Shown one piece after another: positions 19,973 to 29,400 of a DNA stretch of 55,705 nt. Under the pieces are notes generated by a model, which saw nothing but the letters and a program-made list of their open reading frames with translations, was not told where the DNA came from and ran no database searches. A program made the translations under genes and the position numbers. Source of the DNA: a virus (lineage: Duplodnaviria > Heunggongvirae > Uroviricota > Caudoviricetes); IMG/VR virus record IMGVR_UViG_3300008122_000001, positions 1-55,705 of that record; one strand, written 5' to 3'. Position 1 is the stretch's first letter. Each line of letters begins with the position of its first letter.

Positions 19973-21550
19973 CTATATTGATTTAACATGAGCAAAACCA
20001 TGCAACCCTTTAAATCCTCTTTTTCCTTCAGTCATGTCAAAGTTTATTCCTTGTGACCCAACAAATAATTTCATAGTTAAAGGCATAGAAGTATTATTTA
20101 ATACAACTCCTTTAACTAACGCTCCAGAACCACCGCCACCGCCAGGTCCATATTCTTGAGGATTATATCCACTCGCAGCTTTACCTCCAGAACCGTCATA
20201 ACCCTCTGGGGTTAAATTTGGTGCAACTGTTACTCCACCTAATGCTGGGGAAGTCATAGAATACTGACCAGCATTACCTTTAATGCTTTCTGTAACTGTT
20301 ATTAAATTTTCTATATTAGAAATTACAACATCTCCACCATAACCTGCAGCTCCTGGTATAAAAGTTGAACTACCTATAGTTTTACCCATACCTCCACCTC
20401 CTCCACCATTAGCCGAAATACGATGATCTCTTATAATGATATAAGTATCACCTCCAGGTTCTCCTTTACCATCTACTGGGAAGTTATCACTACTCTGAGG
20501 TCTAGCCGTAGCTCCTCCTGCTCCTCCTCCTCCAACAAGTAAGAAAGAATAAGAGTTATAAGGTTGTAATGCAACAGTATAAGAACCAGGAAAGAAAACA
20601 CCTTCGTATTCATCGCTTGGAAAATCTGCAAATGTATTAACGTATACAACAGCCGATATTTTTGGATAGTCTTTTATCCAAAGTCTTACATATCTAGTAC
20701 TTGAAAAATTTTCTACCAAAGAAGTAGGTATATTAATAATAACACTTCCTGTTTCATCTGTTGTAAGAAAGTCACTATATACAAAACCAGTAGAAGTATC
20801 TACCCATTCATAATATATTTGATAGTTTTTTCTAATGTGTTGATATGAAATTCTAAAGCTTGCTTCTTCTCCCTCATATATATTTGAGAAAACAGATTCA
20901 ACTTGTATTTTAGGTTTTGTAGGAGGTGTATAAGGAGGATATGGAGTTGGAGGGGTATAATTATTAGTAAATAAAGCACTTACAGAATGTTGTGGCATAT
21001 AGTATAAACTTAAATTAAACACTCTATCTATTTCTGATAATTTACTAATTTTATTTTTAAACGTTTTAGTTGAACTTAAATTAGAATCTAATTCAAAAAA
21101 ACCATACTCATTGCTATAGATAAAATCAAAAGCTCTTACACCTTTCATCATATCATCTTCATTTTGTATTGTTTTTAAAGTAGCTCTAAATGTTCTACTT
21201 ATTTCATCTTTATCTAATGGGTTTTTATATTTATATAATATATCACTTACTTTTTCTAATTCAACTAAGTCCCCCGAAAGTTGTTCTACTGTTAATAGAT
21301 TAACACCTAAAGGTTCAGAAAGAATAACATGAAGATAATAATAATCGGTATCTGTATCATATGTAAAATCTATTAATGCAACATCACTTCCAAAAGGAGA
21401 TTGTCCACTAAGAATTCTATAAGGGATTTGTAGCCCTTCTTTAGCTTCTTCGCCATTTGCCACTAATGTTACAGTAAATTCCTCATTATATGCAACTAAT
21501 TGTTTACTTATTTGTAAATTTATATTTGTATTTTTAAGTACTTTATTCAT
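19973..21550 (-). CDS. Tail-fibre-associated protein with C-terminal glycine-rich domain
   Basis: LVGGGGAGG...ANGGGGGG...GGGGGSGA..VGSQG; probable start MNKVLK at 21550 (listed upstream start runs through a terminator). Confidence 0.75.
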   Translation of the reverse strand: MNKVLKNTNINLQISKQLVAYNEEFTVTLVANGEEAKEGLQIPYRILSGQSPFGSDVALIDFTYDTDTDYYYLHVILSEPLGVNLLTVEQLSGDLVELEKVSDILYKYKNPLDKDEISRTFRATLKTIQNEDDMMKGVRAFDFIYSNEYGFFELDSNLSSTKTFKNKISKLSEIDRVFNLSLYYMPQHSVSALFTNNYTPPTPYPPYTPPTKPKIQVESVFSNIYEGEEASFRISYQHIRKNYQIYYEWVDTSTGFVYSDFLTTDETGSVIINIPTSLVENFSSTRYVRLWIKDYPKISAVVYVNTFADFPSDEYEGVFFPGSYTVALQPYNSYSFLLVGGGGAGGATARPQSSDNFPVDGKGEPGGDTYIIIRDHRISANGGGGGGMGKTIGSSTFIPGAAGYGGDVVISNIENLITVTESIKGNAGQYSMTSPALGGVTVAPNLTPEGYDGSGGKAASGYNPQEYGPGGGGGSGALVKGVVLNNTSMPLTMKLFVGSQGINFDMTEGKRGFKGLHGFAHVKSI

Positions 21551-21560
21551 AATAATCTCT

Positions 21561-21590
21561 AAAATAAGGGAGCTATCTCTAACTCCCTTA
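21561..21590 (-). terminator. Intrinsic terminator/attenuator inside the tail operon
   Basis: Minus strand reads TAAGGGAG-10 nt-CTCCCTTA-TTTT in the 50-nt gap after the 1102-aa gene. Confidence 0.7.
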
Positions 21591-21600
21591 GTAGCCTTAT

Positions 21601-24600
21601 TTAACCAATCCTTTCCCAAATATGTGTTATGATAATAGGGTGTGTATTGTTATGTGATTTCCCACCCCCAACTTCTCTTGTACTTGCTACAATACCTCTA
21701 TCATAACCTGCTGCTACACCACCACCACCAGATGTACCACCATAACCACCATAAGGGTGTGAGTGAGCTGGTGTTTCATCTAATGTTAATTCATGAGTAT
21801 AGTCACCATATTTAAGACCAGCATTGTTTAGTGTTAAACCTGGAGGTACATCTAAGTAATCATCTACTTGTTCTCCTATACCAGTTCCCGCTGCACCTAA
21901 TATAGAACGACCTACAGCATATCTTCTCCATACACTGTTCTCCCAATTTAAAATTATTTTAGGATTACGTCCATCAGTAGAGTTCTCATACACAGTACCT
22001 ATTGGATAAACTTGTTCTAATGTAGCTCTAGTTATATTATTTATTTGATCGAGTAACATATCTAAAGTAACAATAGCTTTTTCTTTACCACTTAGATCCA
22101 TAGCTGAAAGATCAATTGTTTCTTTTAAAAATCTACCCTTTTCAACGCCATCTACTCTAAAGACTAAATCACTATTATTTTGTTCTTCAATATTTTCTTC
22201 ACAAAATAATCCAGTATCTCCATCAGGTGTACCATTAGTTGAAGCAAATGAATAACCACCAGTAGTATCACCATTACCTGAAGGTGTACCTTTACCAGCA
22301 AAATACTTACCACCTGATACTACACCATTTGTACCTAATCTTACTTCATTACTAGCTAAATAAAGACCAGTAACTTTTCTGTTATCTTCTATTTCCTTAT
22401 TACCTAAGACTATAAAATTATTACTATCAGGCATAGTTACATTATTATTAAATTGTACAGTACCTTCAAATTCAGAATTAGCTACTCTATTAGTTTGTAA
22501 TAAAGTATTAAATCTTAATTCTTCTAATACTTCTACATTATTATATGTAGCCTTATCGGAAACATTTAATTGATTAGTATTTACAACTTGAGCATCAACT
22601 GTATTAGCTGTTAACTTATCAGTAAAGGTTACTGGTTTATTAAATAAGATATCACTATTAAACTCAGTTGTACCATTAATAGTTAATCGATGATTAAGTG
22701 GAACAATAATATTGCCATAAAAACCTGCATCAGTATCTTTATTACCTACGGCTGTAAAAGTTTTAGCAGTAATCTTACCATAATTAATAACAGGACCTAC
22801 AGGGTTGTAAGATGAAGTTATAAGAACTCCAGTATTACTTTGGATAATAGTAGATATATTTTCAGTCAAATCTCTTTGAGCAAATACTTTATTATTATTA
22901 TTTAATATAACACCGTTAGTTAAAGATTCATCATATTCAATACTAATATTGCTTACATAGTTTGTATCACTGTATATATTAGATCTTGGAACAGTATGTA
23001 AACTAGTTACACCTGGATTATAAGTATAATCTGAAGATATAAAATAAGTATCACGTTTAGTTTCAATAAATAAATCTGTATATTCAATACTATCTAAAAT
23101 AGGGAAACCTTGAGAAGTAGCAGTATAAATATATTGTCTACCATCTAAAGTTAACCCAGTTCTTCTACCATTATTAGAGAAGTTTACAGCATTAGTAGTC
23201 TTAACATTTAACTTTTCATCTTTATAATTAATGAATTGTGTTTTCTCACTTGTATGAGAAACATCTCCAAAAGTTATCTTTTGTTCTTCAGTTAAATGAA
23301 GTTCTTTAGCGTCTAAATGATCTACAGTAATAGTGTCAGCCACAACAGGTATATCAAAATTAACTTTAGTAGTATCTGTTAATTGCCCTTCTGATTCTGT
23401 TTTAAAATGTAATCCATCTTCTTCTAAAACTAATTCAATAACTCCAGGATCACCAAAAGTTATTTTAGCTCCATTATCTATTACTAAATCTTCTTTAATT
23501 AAAGAGATAGAAAATTCAGAAGCATAACTTAAAAATTTAGCTTGATCATCATCTGTAGTTATTCCATCATTTACTACTTTACGTGTTAACTTAAATACTC
23601 CTAATTCCTCATTAGTAGTTGTCTTAAGAGATAATTTTAATGCCTTATCAGTATTACTAGATATATGCTGAGTATCCACAAAAGAGTGGTCATTAATACT
23701 TAATGCTCTTTTTTCTCTAGGTGTTACTAATTTAATACCATCTCTACTTATACTGTCTAACCATAAGCAATCATCACCATAGTTATAATAGAAGCGTGGT
23801 CCACTACTATATTCTCCAAATACTAACTTAACGCTATTAGCTTCCAAGTTATTCTTTCTATTACTATTTGAAGTAGATGCTAAAAATAAGTCACCTAAAA
23901 TTCCATTATTATATACAGAACTATCTTGAATATAACCTTCTCTATTTAAGTATTGAGGATGATCATAATTAGACTTATTTGTTGATTGATACGTAATAGC
24001 ATCAGTGTTTTCATAGAGTCCTAATATACTATTATGGTTAACTCCATTACCACCATTACTTCCATGATCATGAGCATAGAATAATCTGTAAAGACACTCT
24101 ATAAGTTTTCCTAATGAAGCATTAGCTACATATATTTGTATAGGAGTATTTATAATACCATCGTAAGCAAATCTTACATAAGTATTAGTAATCTCATAAT
24201 TAAAGACTTCTAATCTTTCTCCTTCACTATAAATAGCAACGTACTTATCTAAATCTTGAGGATTATTATTTATTACGTTTTGAATAAATACAGAACATAA
24301 AGATTTAAAATCAAAACCACTAGTAGTAAAAACACCATCATTTTCTACAACATTAAACTCTTTAATAATTGTATTATCATACTGTTTTACTTGGAGTACA
24401 TTATACTTTAATTCAAAAGGCCAATCTGAATTGTCATCAGGAGTTGTAGTATTAAATCCTTTATATGTTATTTTTAAAGTAGATGTATCAGACGGGGATT
24501 TACCTAATATAATTTTTCTTTCTACGAAGGTAAAATCAGTTGGATTTTCTAGTATTCCACTATGCTTGTATTCATAAGTTACTGATGGATTAGTAACGTC

Positions 24601-24909
24601 ATGAATAGATACAGTATTTAAATCTTCTACTAATAAAGAAGGATATAAATCTAACGATGCTGATTGAGAATTGATTGGGAAGTAAAGAGTTTGAACGTAG
24701 TTATTAATCCACCCTTTTTCAGGTACATATTCTCTAATGTACTTATTATCTAAATCCCCTATACTACTATTTATAGATGCATTTTTTTGATCATCTTGAA
24801 ATAGCACTTCTTCTACTTTATTAAAAGCATCATTAACTTCTGTAGCTAAATTTTCTACTTGATTAACAACAGTAGTTGATTGAGGTGTATGTTCAAAAAA
24901 TTGAGTCAT
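21601..24909 (-). CDS. Long tail fibre/baseplate protein with T4 gp10 C-terminal-like (collar) domain
   Basis: C-terminal YPIGTVYEN..NP..W.R...HELTLDETPAHSH...SHNNTHP..HIWERIG; GGYSF..DGDTGLF fibre motif. Confidence 0.8.
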   Translation of the reverse strand: MTQFFEHTPQSTTVVNQVENLATEVNDAFNKVEEVLFQDDQKNASINSSIGDLDNKYIREYVPEKGWINNYVQTLYFPINSQSASLDLYPSLLVEDLNTVSIHDVTNPSVTYEYKHSGILENPTDFTFVERKIILGKSPSDTSTLKITYKGFNTTTPDDNSDWPFELKYNVLQVKQYDNTIIKEFNVVENDGVFTTSGFDFKSLCSVFIQNVINNNPQDLDKYVAIYSEGERLEVFNYEITNTYVRFAYDGIINTPIQIYVANASLGKLIECLYRLFYAHDHGSNGGNGVNHNSILGLYENTDAITYQSTNKSNYDHPQYLNREGYIQDSSVYNNGILGDLFLASTSNSNRKNNLEANSVKLVFGEYSSGPRFYYNYGDDCLWLDSISRDGIKLVTPREKRALSINDHSFVDTQHISSNTDKALKLSLKTTTNEELGVFKLTRKVVNDGITTDDDQAKFLSYASEFSISLIKEDLVIDNGAKITFGDPGVIELVLEEDGLHFKTESEGQLTDTTKVNFDIPVVADTITVDHLDAKELHLTEEQKITFGDVSHTSEKTQFINYKDEKLNVKTTNAVNFSNNGRRTGLTLDGRQYIYTATSQGFPILDSIEYTDLFIETKRDTYFISSDYTYNPGVTSLHTVPRSNIYSDTNYVSNISIEYDESLTNGVILNNNNKVFAQRDLTENISTIIQSNTGVLITSSYNPVGPVINYGKITAKTFTAVGNKDTDAGFYGNIIVPLNHRLTINGTTEFNSDILFNKPVTFTDKLTANTVDAQVVNTNQLNVSDKATYNNVEVLEELRFNTLLQTNRVANSEFEGTVQFNNNVTMPDSNNFIVLGNKEIEDNRKVTGLYLASNEVRLGTNGVVSGGKYFAGKGTPSGNGDTTGGYSFASTNGTPDGDTGLFCEENIEEQNNSDLVFRVDGVEKGRFLKETIDLSAMDLSGKEKAIVTLDMLLDQINNITRATLEQVYPIGTVYENSTDGRNPKIILNWENSVWRRYAVGRSILGAAGTGIGEQVDDYLDVPPGLTLNNAGLKYGDYTHELTLDETPAHSHPYGGYGGTSGGGGVAAGYDRGIVASTREVGGGKSHNNTHPIIITHIWERIG

Positions 24910-24917
24910 AATAATTC

Positions 24918-25499
24918 CTAATTAAACCCTTGTAGTTTAAATTTTAATCTTAATTTATCTGTCATACCTACTCTCAAAAGCTTAGTATGTTTTGATACTT
25001 CTTGTAGTTCATACTCTATTGTATACCTATCTCTAAGTAATCTACAACAGAGTTTATTAGTTAAACTATTAACATAAAATAATACTATATCTGAACTATT
25101 AGTTTGTGTTGTTCTTAAATCATCATATATTAATTTTGGCGTACTCATGTTGTCGAAAGTTATTTCTTTGTACTGTTGTAAAACAGTATCATAATAGTTT
25201 AAATAACATTTATCAAGTTTTTTATAAATATAAGTTAATAACATATTTAATGTAAATGCAAAAGACAATTCAGAAACTTCTGTAACTGTCTTTACATCTA
25301 TCCTTCTATTATTAGTTAACGATCTTAATTTTATTATGTTAGCTTCATAAGTCATTTCCCACATTTGATATGTTAAAGCTTCAGAAACATCTTGTATATC
25401 TTTACCACCAATATGTTGATATACAAGATCTTCTTCTACATTATCATATAACCAATCACTTTCAACAAATTCTTCAGTAATTTGATTATTCGGGATCAT
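24918..25499 (-). CDS. Tail-associated protein
   Basis: 193 aa; GGKDIQDVSEALTYQMW, ELSFAF, DDLR and RDRYTIEY motifs recalled from proteobacterial phage tail cassettes. Confidence 0.65.
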   Translation of the reverse strand: MIPNNQITEEFVESDWLYDNVEEDLVYQHIGGKDIQDVSEALTYQMWEMTYEANIIKLRSLTNNRRIDVKTVTEVSELSFAFTLNMLLTYIYKKLDKCYLNYYDTVLQQYKEITFDNMSTPKLIYDDLRTTQTNSSDIVLFYVNSLTNKLCCRLLRDRYTIEYELQEVSKHTKLLRVGMTDKLRLKFKLQGFN

Positions 25500-26403
25500 A
25501 TCTTCCCCAAGATAAAGTATAATTCATAGTTAATGTTTTAAAACTATCTTTAGGAATAGCAGGAGAATAACCAACTTGCCATCTACATTTATCAGTATTA
25601 ATTATTGTTGATTGAATACCACCTGCGAGATTAGCATCATTTAATCCTACACCATATATTACACTCCTTTGTAAGGAATTTTGAGAATATGCTCCATAAG
25701 ATGTACCTCCTGCACTTGAACCTGTTCCTGAAGGTGAACCTGTAATTGTACCTATTGCACCATTATAATGACTACATTGTGAACTACTAAACCAACTAAC
25801 AAAATGATCAAAGAAATATGAATTACTAGAAGGGCTATTTGTTACATTAGCAGGTCTAACTGTTACTACATGATCAACACCAAGTAAAGTAATATTAAAT
25901 GTTTTATCTGCTAAATCTTGATAAATTCTTAATTCATAAGTTACGTCTAACCATTCATCAGATAATATAGTTAATGTTGTAGGATTACCCTCAGAATCAA
26001 CTATTAAAGCTCTAGAGAATAAACTAGAGCCACCACCATAAGTAACACCAACTTCCGTTAAGTTACCAGCAGCAACTCCTTGATTGAATCTAAAGGTTCT
26101 TCTACCCCATGTATAATAAGGAGGAGAAGTATTTCTACCAGTAGAGCTAGTTTGTTGTGTAGAAGTAGTTGCTAAAGGCGTTGCTAAATCTGTTTGAGAA
26201 GCAACAACAGGAGTAACACCAGTACCTACTTTACAAGCAGAGACTACGCTAGTAGTCCCTAATGCATTTAACCCAACATCTAAGATTAAGTTCTTGTGAT
26301 CTTCTGCTATAATACCTGAAAGATCTCTAGATTCTCCTTTGCTATTACTAACTTTAAAAGAATAAAAACCTTCCATTCTTATTTTTTCATTTATACTTAT
26401 CAT
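25486..26403 (-). CDS. Tail-associated protein
   Basis: 305 aa; NLILDVGL, VGTG, FRFNQGVAAGNLTEVG, LFSRALIVD, EWLDVTYELR motifs of a recurrent phage tail family. Confidence 0.7.
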   Translation of the reverse strand: MISINEKIRMEGFYSFKVSNSKGESRDLSGIIAEDHKNLILDVGLNALGTTSVVSACKVGTGVTPVVASQTDLATPLATTSTQQTSSTGRNTSPPYYTWGRRTFRFNQGVAAGNLTEVGVTYGGGSSLFSRALIVDSEGNPTTLTILSDEWLDVTYELRIYQDLADKTFNITLLGVDHVVTVRPANVTNSPSSNSYFFDHFVSWFSSSQCSHYNGAIGTITGSPSGTGSSAGGTSYGAYSQNSLQRSVIYGVGLNDANLAGGIQSTIINTDKCRWQVGYSPAIPKDSFKTLTMNYTLSWGRYDPE

Positions 26404-29400
26404 GTTAATATATCACCTTCTATTACTGGATAAGCATGAACATCAGTAGCTATCCCATTTAGTATTCTTATTTGTTTTATTTTACCATTAAAACCTTTGT
26501 TAAAATCTTTATTGTTCCCTATACATACCGTCTTACTTGTTTCAAAACTATTTGTATATACAGCAGTTCTGTTTTTTCTAACACCGTTAAAAAATATAGC
26601 AATATAACCTAAAGATCTAACAACTTTTAGACGAAATTCTGTATTAGCTACTAAACTATTTACACCAGTATTTATATTATAAGTGTAACTAGTCGTTGCA
26701 GTAGAAATACCTAAAGATATTGTTAAACTAGTAGGATCTGATGGGCTTTGTCTTATCAATATTCCATTAAAAGAAGAGCCTGAAAGTCTATTATCAAACA
26801 ACACAGCTTCTGTTATTATCTGAGAAGGAGTGGCTATAATATCAATCGTCCAGTTTTGAGTAGTAAAATTAAATAAGTCATTTTCAGTACTTAATAACCT
26901 ATTACTTACAGAACTTAATACTAATTGATTATTAGATACAGTACAACCCGAATTATTCCAAGTAATATTTGGATTAAAACTATCTACCTTTGTAGTAAAT
27001 CCTACATCATCATTAGTAAAAGTTAATAAAGATTTAGTTGTAATATTTTTATCTAATACTGTTGGAGTATAATCTCCAGTATATAAACATTCACCTTTAT
27101 TGAAATAAAAGTTCTTCATATACCCTTTAAAGTGCTTTTCAGCAATATTGTCATTATACAGTGTACCAACTTTACCTAAAAACACATTATGGTTTAAATC
27201 AGAACTATCTTCATCAAATGTATAATTAGAATTATCTACAGCTTCAGCTACTTTTACTCCATTTAAGAATATACGTAAATTATAATTACTATCTCTAGTA
27301 ATTGCTAATCTATATTTTGTATCTAAGCTTATTGCATTTGTTGTAGTACTTACTTTAACAGTACCTCTATTTAAGAATCTGATTTCTCTATTTGATGTTA
27401 TCTCTATAGCATACCAAGATTCAGTTTTACCACAAGATAAAATATGGTAGTTATTAGTTGAAGGAGATTTTGTTATAACAAAATCTAATTCAATTGTAAA
27501 CTTATCTAGACCAAATTTCCATGAATATCCATTAGCAGTCAAAGAAGAAAGACCATTGAAATACATCAGTTGTTCGTCTTGATAGTTTCTCACAGTTACT
27601 TTATTAGTACTAGACAATTGATACCAACTAGTATTAAACGTATCTGCTCTATTCATAGTTAAAGGATAATCTCTAACAACTGTTAAGTTAGTACTATTTT
27701 CAGCAACATCAAAAGTATCATCTACAGTTACTGTAATAGGGTAAGTACCATCTAAACCATCATTTAATACTTTTATTTGTAAATCATAATCTTGTTCTAT
27801 TCCATTACTACTACCACGAGAAGTTAGTGTTATATTAGATTGGTCTACTTCACTACCATTAAACATTACTGTTACAGTAGGTAATAAATCTGCATATCTT
27901 ATAACGCCATACACATTTGTATAAGAACCTTCAACAGGATTTTCTACAGTACTTGGTGTATTTAAAGCTAAAGTAATAGGAGTATAGTCATCTTCTCCCC
28001 CTCCACTCTCTTCTTCAGATTCTAATAATGTTAAATCAGTTGTATTTCTTAGAACTTTTAATGCATAAACTTGACCTTTGAAAAATGAAGAATTAAATAA
28101 TCTATAGCCAATAAATGTATTATCACCTATATTACCATTAAGAGTGTAGTTGAAATCTTTTGATATAATAGTACCATTTAAATTCAAATATAAAATACCA
28201 TTAGTTCTATAAATAATTAAATTATTAATTTGATTTAGTGGGACTTCATCACCAAATAATGATTGTGTAACATTATTATATGTTGTTATAAAATGTATTC
28301 TCTTTGATTCAGTACCAGCTTGTGTACCTGCCACCGCTATTAATAATCTTCCATTTGTTGCTGTTGTACCACCTGAATGTAATAAAAAATAACTATTATT
28401 ACCATTGAAGTAATCTTGTATTTTAAAACTCATACTAATTATAAAATCATCTAAACCAAAATTAAATAGATCATTTTTACCAAATTCAAGATATTGATTA
28501 GTACCATTAAAAGTACAGCAATATTGACTATCTTGATAATCACGCTGAGTTATATTAACTGGATGTATAATACACTTATTATTTTTATCTTTGAATAAAT
28601 ATGATTTTCTAGTTGGTTCAAAAGTTAAATCAAGAACTTTTTTATCATTATAAGTTTCAGGTATTTCACTTGTACCGACAAACATTTTAAAGTTAGACAT
28701 GTATCCAAAAAAAGGTTGTGTACCTTCTGTTCTACCTATATTAGTGTTATTTACTGTAAAATTAACTCCGTTTGAAAATGTTGTATTTGAAACTTCGCTA
28801 TTCAAACTAATATAGACATTATTATTGATTCGCCACAACTTAAGATTATTCCACGTGTTAAGAATAGCCTGATTTGGTGGTGATATTGTATTTTCAACTC
28901 CACTAACCCTAACACGAAACCCAACTAACATATTCCATATGTAAATTTGACATAAATTATTTCCCCAAGCCTGTGTATCTGAAACAAGACCCTGTGTATA
29001 TATTGATGAAACAGTTGGATAAAAATCGAATTCAATATAGAAATCAGAATTTGTACCTAAATTAAAAATATTATTACTAGTAATAGATAAATATTTTCCA
29101 CTTTCAAACTTAATACATTTTTTACCATCAATTATAGCATAAGTAGGAGAACCATTTTCAGTTATAGTTAAATTAGTAAATCCGATATTAGTGCTATTAG
29201 TTTCTAGTGGTAAATGTACTGCTGCTTTATCAATAATAATATCTTCATTATATCCTTTAATAGATTCAAAATTATCAATATAACCTTGAATTCCAACAGC
29301 TGTATTATGAAACGATGTTGTACACTTACCTATTCGTAAAGAACCACCATTAACCATATTAAAAATCTGAGTATTGGAGATATTTTGAACGCCAACTAGA

